Assembly (NCBI GenBank): GCA_964562405.1
Contig: CAZLTC010000006.1
Span: forward strand, 1,372-65,371
Origin: an uncultured bacterium
GTDB taxonomy: Bacteria; Joyebacterota; Joyebacteria; Joyebacterales; Joyebacteraceae
Direction of reading: 5' to 3'
Length of the DNA stretch: 64,000 nt
Below are positions 38,965 to 49,486 of this stretch, piece after piece (the stretch's first letter is position 1; every line of letters begins with the position of its first letter). A program made the position numbers and the translations under genes. The notes beneath the pieces were generated by a model. That model ran no database searches, had not been told where the DNA came from, and saw nothing but the letters and a program-made list of their open reading frames with translations.

Positions 38965-41583
38965 CTACTCCGTTGACGAGGTCGCCTCGTCACTCTCGGC
39001 GGGCCGCGGCCGTCTCAGCACTGTGACCGGATTGTTCAGGTACTTCTTAGCGACGCGGAGCACGTCGTCCTTGGTTACCGACTCGATGCCCTGAGCGTAG
39101 TCTCTGTTGAAATCGTACCCGAGTCCGTACAGCTCGGCTACCGCCACGTCCTGAGCCTGAGCCTCGTTGGTCTGCTTCGACGTCTTGTCCATGACGACGC
39201 AAAGCTGCTTGGCGTGCTCCAGTTCCTCGTCGGTGACAGGGTCCGTCGCGATCTGCTTCATGTACTTGTTGATGATGGAGAGCGACTGGTCGAGCGCCTC
39301 GTCATAGGTCGCCGCGTAGATGCCGAAGTAGCCGGTATCGAACCCGGTCCAGTTGTAGGCATGCACCACGTAGACCAGCGAGTTCCCTCTGAGGTCCGAG
39401 TGCAGCCATCCGCCTGGGTAGTAGATGCCTGACGTAACGGCATCCAGAACGTCCATTGCGCAGCGGTCGCCGGACGAGTACGGCATCCCCTTGTAGCCCA
39501 TGAAGATGATCGTCTGTGCGCGATCGTGATAGCTGGTGAGCGTCTTGGCCTCCACGGCCTCGGGCTCCACCGCGATGCCAGGGCCGCGCTCACCATCGGA
39601 CTGCCAGTCCCCGAACGCGTCCTCGACCATCGCCAGCGCATCGTCGTAGTCGATGTCGCCGAACACCGTCACGACCGTGTTGTGGGGCGTCACCAGCGCG
39701 TCGTGATGCGCGACGAGGTCGGCACGGGTCATCGCGGCCACGCTCTCGGGCGTGCCCACCGGTGGTCTGCCGTACGGATGGGTCGGGAATAGCTCGGCGA
39801 GCATCCTGTCCATGGCGTCGGTCGTCCAGTTGTCACCGCGAGCCAGGATGGCGGCGTCGATCAGCGGGCGCTCCTTGTCCATCTCCGCCGTGTCGAAGCG
39901 GGGGTTCATCAGGATGTCGGAGAAGAGGTCCATGCCCTCGCCGAGGTCCTCGGTCATGACGGTCATGCCCGACTGTATGCGAGTGTGGTTGGCCGAGCAC
40001 GCGTACTGCGCTCCCATTTCGTCGATCTCGAGCGCGATCTCGTCGGCGCTGCGGCTGTCCGTGCCTCGCGGCATCATCTCGGCCACGAAGTTGGCCAGGC
40101 CGTTCTTGTCCTCGAACCTGGCGCCGGCCATCGAGTAGCTGCCCAGGAAGACGATGGGATTCGTGCTGTTGCGCTTGATGAGGACCGTGAGGCCGTTGTC
40201 GAGGACGTGCTTCTCGACGTCGCCCACTTCCGGCGCCTCGACCGACACCTGCGCCACCTCCGCGGACTGCTCGGCAGTGGGCTCGAGCACGGCGATCCCA
40301 AGATTGTCATCATAGAAGTACTTCTTCACCACGTCGCGGATCTGGTCCGCTGTGACGTCCTGTATGTGCGCCGTGTAGAGCTCGTCGAAGTCGGGGTTCC
40401 CCGCCGTGATCTCGGAGCGACCGAGGCTCGACGCGAGGCTCTCCAGGTCCTGCCTGCTGAAGTAGAAGTCGGCCGTCTTGAGCTTCTTGGCCTTGTCGAT
40501 CTCCTTCTCGGAGACCCGCTCCGTGGCCAGCTTGTAGACCTCCTCCGTGACCGCGTCTATGGCCGCGTCGATGTTGGCCGGATCGAGGGTCATCGAGACC
40601 GCGAACGTGCCCGCGTCGTAGGAAGGAGTGTGCGACCAGGAAGACACGCTGTATACGAGACCGAGGTCGTCGACGAGCTTCTTGTGAAGCCGCGAGCTGT
40701 TTCCCTCGGACAGCACGTGGGAGAGGATGTCGAGCGGGTACAGGTCCGGGTCCGAGAGCGGAACGGTGTGCCATCCCATGAGGATGTACGCCATGTCGAG
40801 GTCCCGCTGCTCCATCAGCACGCGGCGGCCAAGCTGGGGCGGCTCAGGGACCAGGGCGGGCATGTCGACCGGCTTCCTGGCGAAGTCCTTGAAGGCGTCG
40901 GCGATCTTCGCCATCGCCTCGGCGGAGTCGAGGTCGCCGACGGCGACGAACACCATGTTGTCCGGCACGTACATCCGGTCGTGGTACTTCACGAGGTCGT
41001 CGCGCGTCAGCTTGAGGAAGTTGTCCAGATAGCCTATCACCGGGTACTTGGCCGGATGCTCGCGGAACATGACCTCTTTGAAGAGGTTGTAGATCCGCCG
41101 GCCCGGCTCGTCGTAGCCCATGTTGATCTCGCGCGTGATGACTCCGTGCTGCGCATCGACCTGCTCCTGCGGAAGATTGACGTTCATCGCCTGGTCGGCC
41201 AGCAGGTCGAGGGCCTCGTCGAAGTTATCGGTGGAGGTCTCTATGAAATAGCAGGCGTGGTCGTTGGTCGTGTACGCGTTGTACCCGCCGCCGATGGCCT
41301 CGACCTCCTTCTCGATCTGGTCGAGCGTGCGGTTCGTGGTCCCATCGCTCATCATGTGCTCGAGGTAGTGAGTGATGCCGCACCCGAGGTACTCCTCCTC
41401 GTGGATGCTGCCCGACTTGACGTAGAAGCGGAGGTTCACTACCGGAGACGAGTGGTTCTCGCGGACGATGACGGTCATGCCGTCGGGAAGGACCTCCCTA
41501 ACGGTCTCCGTCGCCTGGACCGCGACAGAAGCGAAAAGCACCAAAGCGGTGGCCAGCCAGACGGCTGCGACTGCGGCTCTCAT
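38965..41583 (-). CDS. Secreted two-module M16-family (pitrilysin/insulinase-like) zinc peptidase
   Basis: Signal MRAAVAAVWLATALVLFASVAVQA. Inverted zinc motif HYLEH. About 870 aa consistent with tandem M16 active + inactive halves. GGGAGGG RBS on the minus strand. Confidence 0.8.
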   Translation of the reverse strand: MRAAVAAVWLATALVLFASVAVQATETVREVLPDGMTVIVRENHSSPVVNLRFYVKSGSIHEEEYLGCGITHYLEHMMSDGTTNRTLDQIEKEVEAIGGGYNAYTTNDHACYFIETSTDNFDEALDLLADQAMNVNLPQEQVDAQHGVITREINMGYDEPGRRIYNLFKEVMFREHPAKYPVIGYLDNFLKLTRDDLVKYHDRMYVPDNMVFVAVGDLDSAEAMAKIADAFKDFARKPVDMPALVPEPPQLGRRVLMEQRDLDMAYILMGWHTVPLSDPDLYPLDILSHVLSEGNSSRLHKKLVDDLGLVYSVSSWSHTPSYDAGTFAVSMTLDPANIDAAIDAVTEEVYKLATERVSEKEIDKAKKLKTADFYFSRQDLESLASSLGRSEITAGNPDFDELYTAHIQDVTADQIRDVVKKYFYDDNLGIAVLEPTAEQSAEVAQVSVEAPEVGDVEKHVLDNGLTVLIKRNSTNPIVFLGSYSMAGARFEDKNGLANFVAEMMPRGTDSRSADEIALEIDEMGAQYACSANHTRIQSGMTVMTEDLGEGMDLFSDILMNPRFDTAEMDKERPLIDAAILARGDNWTTDAMDRMLAELFPTHPYGRPPVGTPESVAAMTRADLVAHHDALVTPHNTVVTVFGDIDYDDALAMVEDAFGDWQSDGERGPGIAVEPEAVEAKTLTSYHDRAQTIIFMGYKGMPYSSGDRCAMDVLDAVTSGIYYPGGWLHSDLRGNSLVYVVHAYNWTGFDTGYFGIYAATYDEALDQSLSIINKYMKQIATDPVTDEELEHAKQLCVVMDKTSKQTNEAQAQDVAVAELYGLGYDFNRDYAQGIESVTKDDVLRVAKKYLNNPVTVLRRPRPAESDEATSSTE

Positions 41584-41859
41584 CTATCCCTCCCTGTACC
41601 GGGTTGCACTGGAACGGGCAGCCTCATCCGCGTTTCCAGGAGCACCTGAACACGGGCCGCCGACAAGGCTTCGCAGTGCCCTGAAGCGGCGGCCCCTCAG
41701 CGACTTTGACCCCAGTATAGACAGGCCGGTTGCAGCGGTCAAGGAACCGGGACGGCTGAGGGCGCGAGGGCACCCTTAATCTCGTTGCGAGACCGCGCGA
41801 TGCCCCTTAGGATGTAGGCGATTCTGCCGTACTGACCGCTGTTCGGGGAAGGAGCCTCA

Positions 41860-42627
41860 GTGAGGGACGAGACCAGGCTGGCGGCCGACGCCGCCAACGC
41901 TGCGGGCAGGCAGCTCAGGGAACGCTTCGAACGGTCGCATGAGGTGGAGAAGAAGAGCCGGCGTGAGCTCGTCACCGAGATGGACCGCGCGTCGGAGGGG
42001 ATCATCCTCTCCGCGATCCGGGCGGAGTATCCCGACGACGCCGTGACAGCCGAGGAGAGCCGTCCGGTGCAGGGATCGTCCGGACGCGCCTGGATCGTCG
42101 ACCCGCTGGACGGGACCAACAACTACGCGCACGGGTACCCGTTCTTCTCGGTCGTCGTCGCGTTCGAGGAGGGCGGAGAGGTCGTCTCGGGCGTCGTCTA
42201 CGACCCTCTCAGAGACGAGCTGTTCGCCGCCGAGGCCGGCGCCGGAGCCACGGTCAACGGTTCGCCCATCAGGGTCTCCGAAACCGACTCGGTCGCGGAC
42301 TCGATCGTCGCGACCGGATTCCCCTACGACCGCACCGCTCTGAACGACAACAACCTCGCAAACCTCAACAGATTCATACTGTCGGTCCGCGGCATACGGA
42401 GGGCCGGCTCCGCCGCGCTCGACCTCGTCTACGTCGCGTGCGGCCGGCTCGACGGCTACTGGGAGCTGGCACTCAATGCCTGGGACGTCTCCGCCGGCGG
42501 CCTCATAGTGCGGGAGGCGGGCGGCCACGTTACGAACTTCGCATCGAAGGGTTGGGACCATCGCCGAGGCGACATCGTCGCCAGCAACGGTCGGATACAC
42601 GACGAGATGCAAAGCCTGATAGGGTGA
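41860..42627 (+). CDS. Inositol monophosphatase-family (SuhB/IMPase-like) phosphatase
   Basis: WIVDPLDGTNNYAHGYPFFSVVVA metal-binding motif, WDVSAGGLIVREAGG. GTG start with GGAAGGAG upstream. Confidence 0.8.
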   Translation: MRDETRLAADAANAAGRQLRERFERSHEVEKKSRRELVTEMDRASEGIILSAIRAEYPDDAVTAEESRPVQGSSGRAWIVDPLDGTNNYAHGYPFFSVVVAFEEGGEVVSGVVYDPLRDELFAAEAGAGATVNGSPIRVSETDSVADSIVATGFPYDRTALNDNNLANLNRFILSVRGIRRAGSAALDLVYVACGRLDGYWELALNAWDVSAGGLIVREAGGHVTNFASKGWDHRRGDIVASNGRIHDEMQSLIG

Positions 42628-42649
42628 GTCTTCACGCTCGGAGATTCTG

Positions 42650-44095
42650 ATGAGAGTGTTCACGGTATTGCCGGCGGCCGCGTCGCGTGCTGCGCTCGCG
42701 GTGGCCGCCGCGGTCACCGTCGGCCTGACGCCGGCGCTGGGCGTCCTGCTGTCGCCAGGCGCCGCCCTCGCGGCGGAGGATCGCGAGTCTGAGGTCCTCA
42801 CGCTCGACGTCGCGGTCAGCATGGCGCTCGAGCGCAACCTCGGCCTGGAGGCGGCGCGCGAGGACTACGAGTCGGCCAAGTGGGGTCTTCGCTCAGCGAG
42901 AGCATCGCTCTTCCCGTCGGTCGGTCTGTCGTCCACGGCACGCCGCGTCGATCCGGAGACCTACAGACGCGCCAACGCCTCGCTGGACTATATCGAGGAG
43001 TTCGGAGTCGACCTCGATCCGTTCCTGTACGAGACTACCTACGAGACGAGTTTCTACCTGACGGTGCCCATCTGGAACGGCGGGAAGCTCTGGGGCGCCG
43101 TAGGAGCCGCCGGCGGGGGACGTGACGCGGCCAGGCAGGCATACGAGTCGAAGAGACGGGCGGTGATCGTCGATGCGGAGTCCGCGTACTTCGATCTGCT
43201 GAGAGCGCAAGATCTCGTGGACGTGCAGACCCAGGCGGTGTACGCCGCCTCCGACAATGCCACCGCGGCCGCGCGCAGGTTCGAGGTCGGGCTGACGAAC
43301 CGTGCCGAGGCGTTGCGTTGGGAGGTGCAACGCGCGGACGAGGAGCGCAAGCTCGTGGAGGCCGAGGGCGCGCTAACGCTGGCGCGGACGAGGCTTCTCA
43401 ACGTTCTGGGGTTGCCGCTCGACGCGAGCCTCACGCTTGCGGACGTGTCAGAGGATCTGCTCGCCGCGGCCGCGGACCGGTACGATGCCACGGTAGGGAG
43501 GGGCGACCTGACAGAGGAACGGGCGCTCGAGTTGCTCGCGGACAACCCTGAGCTCTTGGCCATGGACGCGGTCACCCGCTCGAGCGAGTCCGGCGTGGCC
43601 ATCGCGAGAGGCTCTTTCCTGCCGGCCCTGAACGCATCGGCAAGCTACGGTTGGAAGGCGGACGACGACATCGATCCGGACGACGGGACCGCATGGTCCG
43701 TGACCCTGGCGCTTGACGTCCCAGTGTTCACGAGTTTCAAGAACCTCTCCGACTACCAAAGCAGCAAGCGCGCGTACTTCGCGTCGCTTCGTAGGCAGGA
43801 GGACGGCGAGCGCAATCTCGTGACCGCGCTTCGGGCCGCGGACTCCACCGTTCGCTCCTCGCTGAAGCGCGTCGCAGCCGCCCGCGTAGAAGAGGAGCTG
43901 GCAGCCGAGCTTCTGAAGAACGTGCGAAATACGTACACGCAGGGGATGGCGACCAACACCGAGCTGGTCGATGCCGAAGTGCTCTATGGCCTCAGCCGCG
44001 TGAGCGCGGTAGACGCGCTCTACGATTGCCTGATCGCCCTCGCCGAGACCGAGAGGCTCATCGGCCCGCCCGCCGAGAACGAAACCGGAGAATGA
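42650..44095 (+). CDS. TolC-family outer-membrane efflux protein
   Basis: Signal peptide; two repeated coiled-coil/beta-barrel halves typical of outer-membrane factors. Translationally coupled to the downstream MFP. Confidence 0.75.
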   Translation: MRVFTVLPAAASRAALAVAAAVTVGLTPALGVLLSPGAALAAEDRESEVLTLDVAVSMALERNLGLEAAREDYESAKWGLRSARASLFPSVGLSSTARRVDPETYRRANASLDYIEEFGVDLDPFLYETTYETSFYLTVPIWNGGKLWGAVGAAGGGRDAARQAYESKRRAVIVDAESAYFDLLRAQDLVDVQTQAVYAASDNATAAARRFEVGLTNRAEALRWEVQRADEERKLVEAEGALTLARTRLLNVLGLPLDASLTLADVSEDLLAAAADRYDATVGRGDLTEERALELLADNPELLAMDAVTRSSESGVAIARGSFLPALNASASYGWKADDDIDPDDGTAWSVTLALDVPVFTSFKNLSDYQSSKRAYFASLRRQEDGERNLVTALRAADSTVRSSLKRVAAARVEEELAAELLKNVRNTYTQGMATNTELVDAEVLYGLSRVSAVDALYDCLIALAETERLIGPPAENETGE

Positions 44096-45222
44096 TGATG
44101 AGACGATTGGCGACCTTGCTGTCCATGTTCGTGGTTGTGCTTATGCTCCCCCCGGCACTCACCGGTTGCGGCGGTCGGCCCGGAGACGGCGAGGCCGCTG
44201 GAACCGCCGAGGCGCGCACGCCCGTCGAGGTGGACGTTGTGGAGCCGCACACGGCGGTTCTCGAGATCTCAGCGGTGGGCACGATCGAGGCGCGGGAGGA
44301 CATCCTCGTTAGCTCGGAGGCAGCCGGTCAGGTGGTCGATGTGCCCGTGATGGTGGGGGACGGGGTGGCGGAGGGTGACGTTCTGGTCAGGCTTGACGAC
44401 GAACTGGCTGAGCTCTCGGTCCAGCAGGCCGACGCCCAGCTCCTGCTCGCAGAGGCCGACCTTGACAACGCTGAGGCCAACCTGAAGCGTGTGACCAACC
44501 TCTGGAAGGGCGGCGACGTCTCCGATTCCGACCACGAAGCCGCCGAGAGAGCGGCCAAGGTCGCCAGGGCCGGTCACATGGCGGCCGCCGCGGCGCGAGC
44601 GAGCGCCGGCAGGCAGCTTCGCAACACCGAGATCGGCAGCCCGATCGACGGGGTCGTCGCGTTCGTCCACGTCGAGGGGGGGCAGCTCGTCGGCGTCGGC
44701 ACTCCGATCGCCCAGGTCGTCAACGACGAGACCGTGCAGGTGGAGATCGGTCTCAACGAGAACGAGATCGTCGACGTCCGCCGTGGCGCGCCCGCGTCGG
44801 TTCGTATCCGGGCGCTGCCTGGCGAGACGTTCGCCGGTACCGTGGAGTACGTAGGTCCCAAGGCCGACGAGATGACCAGTACCTATCCCGTTCGGGTCGT
44901 CGTCCCGAATCCAAAGGGGCGCCTGCGGTCCGGCATGGTGGCGGAGGTCACGCTGACAGCCCGGCGGTTTGAGGATTCGATCGTGATAGAGCGGGACTGG
45001 GTCGCCGAGCGCTTCGGCGAGCCGTCCGTGTTCGTGGTCGTCGACTCCACAGCGGCGGTCAGGAAGGTGAGACTGGGCCGCATCATCGGTGACGGTGTGG
45101 TGGTGACCTCGGGGCTCGAGTCGGGCGATCGAGTGATTTCGTTCGGGTACGACCAGCTGACCGAAGGTGCGCCCGTCGACGTGCGCAACGAGAAGGTCGA
45201 CGTGGGCGACGAAGGGGAGTGA
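44092..45222 (+). CDS. Efflux RND periplasmic adaptor (membrane fusion protein), lipoprotein
   Basis: MMMRRLATLLSMFVVVLMLPPALTGCGG lipobox; HlyD-like biotinyl/lipoyl and beta-barrel segments. ATG overlaps the tolC-like stop (ATGA). Confidence 0.8.
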   Translation: MMMRRLATLLSMFVVVLMLPPALTGCGGRPGDGEAAGTAEARTPVEVDVVEPHTAVLEISAVGTIEAREDILVSSEAAGQVVDVPVMVGDGVAEGDVLVRLDDELAELSVQQADAQLLLAEADLDNAEANLKRVTNLWKGGDVSDSDHEAAERAAKVARAGHMAAAAARASAGRQLRNTEIGSPIDGVVAFVHVEGGQLVGVGTPIAQVVNDETVQVEIGLNENEIVDVRRGAPASVRIRALPGETFAGTVEYVGPKADEMTSTYPVRVVVPNPKGRLRSGMVAEVTLTARRFEDSIVIERDWVAERFGEPSVFVVVDSTAAVRKVRLGRIIGDGVVVTSGLESGDRVISFGYDQLTEGAPVDVRNEKVDVGDEGE

Positions 45223-45285
45223 TGACCGCCTCGCCGGACGCGTGGCGGGAGCCCTGCCCGACGGGAGTCTGAACGGAGCCAGAGC

Positions 45286-48200
45286 GTGCACATAGGTGAG
45301 TTCTCCGTACGACAGCCGGTGCTCGTCAACCTCGTGTTCATAGCCGTCCTCGTGGTCGGCGTGTTCACGTTCTTCAACATGCCCGCCGAGCTCCTCCCGA
45401 ACGTCAATATGGACGAGGCCGTCGTGGTCGTCTTCTACGCGGGTGTATCGCCCGAGGAGATGGAGACGCTCGTCACGAAGCCCCTCGAGGAGGAGATAGA
45501 CGCCGTAGAGGACATCGACAGCGTGTCATCGACGTCGGGAGAGAGCCGGTCCATCATCGACGTCAGGTTCAAGCCCGGCCTTTCCGACGACGAGTTCGAC
45601 CGCAGGATCCTTGACCTGCGTTCCGCGGTCGGGAACGCGAGATCCGAGCTTCCGGAGGACGCCGGCGACCCCGAGGTCGTTCCCATCAAGCTGGGCGAGG
45701 TCATTCCTATCCTGTCGCTGAGCATCGGTGGGCCCGTCAGCGACACCGTTCTGCGGGAGGTCGCCGATGACCTGCGAGACGATATCCTCGACGTCGACTA
45801 CGTGCGCGCTGTCGACGTCGTGGGCCAGCGCGAACGCGAGATATGGGTCGAGCTGGACGCCGACAGGCTGGAATCGTACGGGCTGCCCATAGGTCAGGTC
45901 GTGGCTTCGCTTTCGTCCCGCAATCTGAACGTCCCGGCGGGAACGCTCGACCTTGGTCAGTCCGAGTACATCGTGAGGACGCTGGGCGAGTTCGAATCTC
46001 TCACCGACATCGAGGACAGCGTCATCGCGTCGGACCCGTACGGAAGGCAGATCCGGATCAGGGACGTCGGCGCCGTCCGGGACACGCTGGAGGTCCGCCT
46101 ATCGGCCGCCCGACTGGACGGCGAGAAGAGCGTGACCCTCTGGGTGATGAAGGACAAGGAGGGGAGCGTTGTAAACGTCGTCGACGACGTGAGGGCCGTT
46201 GTCGATTCATACGGAAAGCGGCTCACCGAAGACGTCAGCTTCGAGATCCGGAACGACACGTCGATAGAGGTCCGCGACGTTCTGCACATCCTCGAACGCA
46301 ACGCGGTGTTCGGCATCATTCTCGTCGCTCTCATCCTGTTCGTTTTCATCGGCTTCAGGAACGCGGTGCTCGCGTCGATCGGCATCCCGTTCAGCTTCCT
46401 GGCGGCCTTCATCCTGATGAACGCGGCAGGAGTGACCGTGAACACGCTGTCGCTCTTCTCGCTGGTTCTCGTTCTCGGCATGCTGGTCGACGACGCCATC
46501 ATCGTCATAGAGAACATCTATCGCCACATGGAGCATGGCATGCCCGCCAGACAGGCGGCCGTGGTTGGGACCGGGGAGGTCCTGGCTCCGGTCACGGCGG
46601 CCGTGCTCACCACGGTCGCGGCCTTCCTGCCCCTCCTCCTCATGTCAGGGCTCTGGGGCAAGTTCATGAGCGTGATACCGAAGGTTGTCACGTTCGCTCT
46701 GCTTGCATCGCTCGTTGAGGCATTCCTCGTGCTCCCTTCGCACATGGCTGACTTCGCGCGCGTCACCCCCAGGGCGACCAGGTGCCACCCGCAGTTCGTG
46801 TCGTTCACCAGATGGTACGAGCGCATTCTCCGTCGCGCGCTGCTGAGGCGCTATCGCACGATGCTGCTCGTCGGCGTCCTCGCTCTCGTTGCCATCGGTC
46901 TGGTCTTCACTCTCGACGTCGTCATATTCCAGGAGGAGGACCTCAACCAGATCGAGATTCGCGCTCAGACTGCGGTCGGGACGCGCCTCGATGTCACCGA
47001 CCGGGTGGCTCGCGAGATAGAACAAGTCCTCTTCGAGCTGCCTTCCGACGAGGTCGAGGCCGTTGTGACGAGGGTCGGCTTCATGATCCGCAATTACCGT
47101 GGGGAGCTGGCCTCGAACAACATGCAGTTCAACGTCGACCTGGTCGACTACGAGCTGCGCGACAGGTCCGACGACGAGATCATGGAGGCCGTGCGGAGGC
47201 GTATCTCGTCGGAGGTGCCGGGACTGACGTTCCTTTCTCTGTCGAGGCCGCAGCAGGGGCCCCCGTCAGGGCGACCTGTCGAGGTGCGCGTGAAGGGCGA
47301 GGACCCCGGTGTGCTGCGTCGCATAGCGAACGAAATGGAGGCGCTCCTGGCGACTTATCCCGGCGTCGTTGACATCGACGACGACATGACGCCCGGCAAG
47401 TCTGAGCTGAACGCGAGGATCATTCCCGAGGCGGCGGCGCTCTACGGCCTCACCGCGTACGATATCTCGTCAACGGTGCGGGCCGCGTTCGAGGGCGTCG
47501 ACGCCACGAAGTACCGGGGAGCCGGCGACGACGAGATCGACATCGTCGTGAGGCTGGAAGAGCCCGACCGGAGCGACCTTGAGGACCTGAGGGGCCTGAG
47601 GGTCATCTCACCGACCGGCCGGTCCGTGCCGCTGGGCGCAGTAGCGGAGTTCTCAATAGACGCGGCTCCGGCGGAGCTGCACAGAAGAGACGGGGACCGT
47701 GTCGTCACCGTGACCGGCGGTGTCGCCGGAGCGACGACGTCGACGGAGGTCAACCGCATGCTCCAGAGGGACCTTGCCGACGTCCCGGACCGCTACCCGG
47801 GCTATCGTCTGGACTTCGGTGGCGAGTACCAGGAGACGCAGGAGTCGTTCGCGTCGCTCCTCATGGCGTTCCTGGTTGCCATCATGCTCATCTACCTGAT
47901 CCTCGGCACCGAATTCCAGTCGTTCATCCAACCCCTCATAGTCATGTTCACGGTGCCGTTCGCCTTCATCGGTGTCGTCATAGGGCTCGTCGTCATGCGT
48001 TACCCGTTCACGCTGAACGCGGGCGTGGCGATCGTGGCTCTCGCGGGAGTGGTCGTGAACGACTCCATCGTGCTCGTCGACTTCATCAAGAAGGCCAGGG
48101 CCGAGGGTGTGACGCGCTGGGAATCGGTGGTGCAGGCCGGCTGCATGCGTCTTCGGCCGATTCTGCTGACGTCGATCACGACGATACTCGGAGTGCTGCC

Positions 48201-48429
48201 GCTCGCGATGGGGTGGGGCGGCGTGTCGGTCACCTGGGGACCGATGGCTGCGTCGCTGGCCTGGGGTCTGGCGTTCGCGACCGTGCTCACGCTGTTCGTG
48301 ATACCGGCGCTCTTCTGCATCGTCGATGATGTGCGGGCCCGCTTCGGCAAGCTTGACGTGCCCGGCGGGCGCCAGCCGGACCAGGACCTCAAGGTCGTCG
48401 AGGCGTTGTGCCGTGACCTGGAGGAGTGA
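45286..48429 (+). CDS. RND (HAE1/AcrB-like) efflux transporter permease
   Basis: 1047 aa with 12 TM segments and two large periplasmic loops; AcrB-family conserved segments. Confidence 0.85.
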   Translation: MHIGEFSVRQPVLVNLVFIAVLVVGVFTFFNMPAELLPNVNMDEAVVVVFYAGVSPEEMETLVTKPLEEEIDAVEDIDSVSSTSGESRSIIDVRFKPGLSDDEFDRRILDLRSAVGNARSELPEDAGDPEVVPIKLGEVIPILSLSIGGPVSDTVLREVADDLRDDILDVDYVRAVDVVGQREREIWVELDADRLESYGLPIGQVVASLSSRNLNVPAGTLDLGQSEYIVRTLGEFESLTDIEDSVIASDPYGRQIRIRDVGAVRDTLEVRLSAARLDGEKSVTLWVMKDKEGSVVNVVDDVRAVVDSYGKRLTEDVSFEIRNDTSIEVRDVLHILERNAVFGIILVALILFVFIGFRNAVLASIGIPFSFLAAFILMNAAGVTVNTLSLFSLVLVLGMLVDDAIIVIENIYRHMEHGMPARQAAVVGTGEVLAPVTAAVLTTVAAFLPLLLMSGLWGKFMSVIPKVVTFALLASLVEAFLVLPSHMADFARVTPRATRCHPQFVSFTRWYERILRRALLRRYRTMLLVGVLALVAIGLVFTLDVVIFQEEDLNQIEIRAQTAVGTRLDVTDRVAREIEQVLFELPSDEVEAVVTRVGFMIRNYRGELASNNMQFNVDLVDYELRDRSDDEIMEAVRRRISSEVPGLTFLSLSRPQQGPPSGRPVEVRVKGEDPGVLRRIANEMEALLATYPGVVDIDDDMTPGKSELNARIIPEAAALYGLTAYDISSTVRAAFEGVDATKYRGAGDDEIDIVVRLEEPDRSDLEDLRGLRVISPTGRSVPLGAVAEFSIDAAPAELHRRDGDRVVTVTGGVAGATTSTEVNRMLQRDLADVPDRYPGYRLDFGGEYQETQESFASLLMAFLVAIMLIYLILGTEFQSFIQPLIVMFTVPFAFIGVVIGLVVMRYPFTLNAGVAIVALAGVVVNDSIVLVDFIKKARAEGVTRWESVVQAGCMRLRPILLTSITTILGVLPLAMGWGGVSVTWGPMAASLAWGLAFATVLTLFVIPALFCIVDDVRARFGKLDVPGGRQPDQDLKVVEALCRDLEE

Positions 48430-48478
48430 ACGGGGCCGTGCGCGCGAGCGCGAAGATGAGGCCTTCGAGGAAGATGCT

Positions 48479-49438
48479 GTGACGGAGACACTTGGAAACC
48501 GGGCGGCGCGTGGTGCGGACGACGGTAGCGAGATCCGGGGGCAGGTTCTCGCGTGCTTCCACGACGAGTGGGAGGTCGCGCTGTCGGGAGGCCCGATCGT
48601 CCGCGCGTCGATCCGGGCGCGGCACTTCCTGGGCCTTCCGCGCGAGGAGAAGATCCTCGTTGCCGGAGACCACGTTGAACTCGCGCGCGTGAGAGACGTA
48701 GCCTACGTCATCGAGCGGCGTCTGCCGAGGTCGACCATCCTCTCCAGGCTCCTGCCCGGAGCCCGGCGCGACAAGGAGCAGGTGATCGTGGCCAACGCCG
48801 ACCTCCTCGTGGCCGTCGGCTCGCTCTCCTCGCCGGCGCTCAACAGGCGCCTGCTCGATCGCTTTCTCGTGATCGCCGAGGACGCTGGTCTGGAGTCGGT
48901 CGTCGTCCTGAACAAGGTCGACCTCGTGAGCGAGTCGGACTGGTCCCATGTCGCTCTGGGCTACGCGGCCGCGGGATACGCTGTGATCGCGACCTCCGCT
49001 ACGGAGGGCCGCTGCGTCGAGGAGCTGTCCGCGCGTCTAGCCGGCCGTTTCACGGTCTTCGCCGGTCCGAGCGGAGCGGGGAAGAGCTCCTTGCTGAACG
49101 CCATCGAGCCCGGCCTGGGCCTCAGGGTCAGAGAGGTGAGCGCCAAGACCGGCAAGGGGAAGCACACAACGTCCAACGTGACCGTGCTCAGGTTGGATGA
49201 TGGCTCTCTCGTGGCTGACACTCCGGGCTTCCGGGAATTGGGCTTCTGGAGGATCGACCCGGGCGAGCTGGACCAGCTCTTCCCCGAACTGCGCGCTCTC
49301 GCGCCGCAGTGCAGGTTCAGGGGATGCAACCATATCCCGGAGCCCGGCTGCGCCGTCACACGCGCGCTCGAGGAAGGCCGTCTTGATGGTGAGCGCTACG
49401 AGAGCTACGTGAAGCTCTTCGAGGAGCTGTCCGGCTGA
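48479..49438 (+). CDS. rsgA: Ribosome small-subunit-dependent GTPase A, copy 2 (RsgA paralogue)
   Basis: Same architecture as copy 1: OB-fold, P-loop GPSGAGKSSLLN, Zn-finger CRFRGCNHIPEPGC. GTG 48479 with GAGGAAG upstream; the ORF-track start 48326 overlaps the RND gene. Confidence 0.75.
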   Translation: MTETLGNRAARGADDGSEIRGQVLACFHDEWEVALSGGPIVRASIRARHFLGLPREEKILVAGDHVELARVRDVAYVIERRLPRSTILSRLLPGARRDKEQVIVANADLLVAVGSLSSPALNRRLLDRFLVIAEDAGLESVVVLNKVDLVSESDWSHVALGYAAAGYAVIATSATEGRCVEELSARLAGRFTVFAGPSGAGKSSLLNAIEPGLGLRVREVSAKTGKGKHTTSNVTVLRLDDGSLVADTPGFRELGFWRIDPGELDQLFPELRALAPQCRFRGCNHIPEPGCAVTRALEEGRLDGERYESYVKLFEELSG

Positions 49439-49486
49439 AGACGATGAGGCCGGGCGGCGTCGCACCGTATTGAGAGGAGTCGAGCA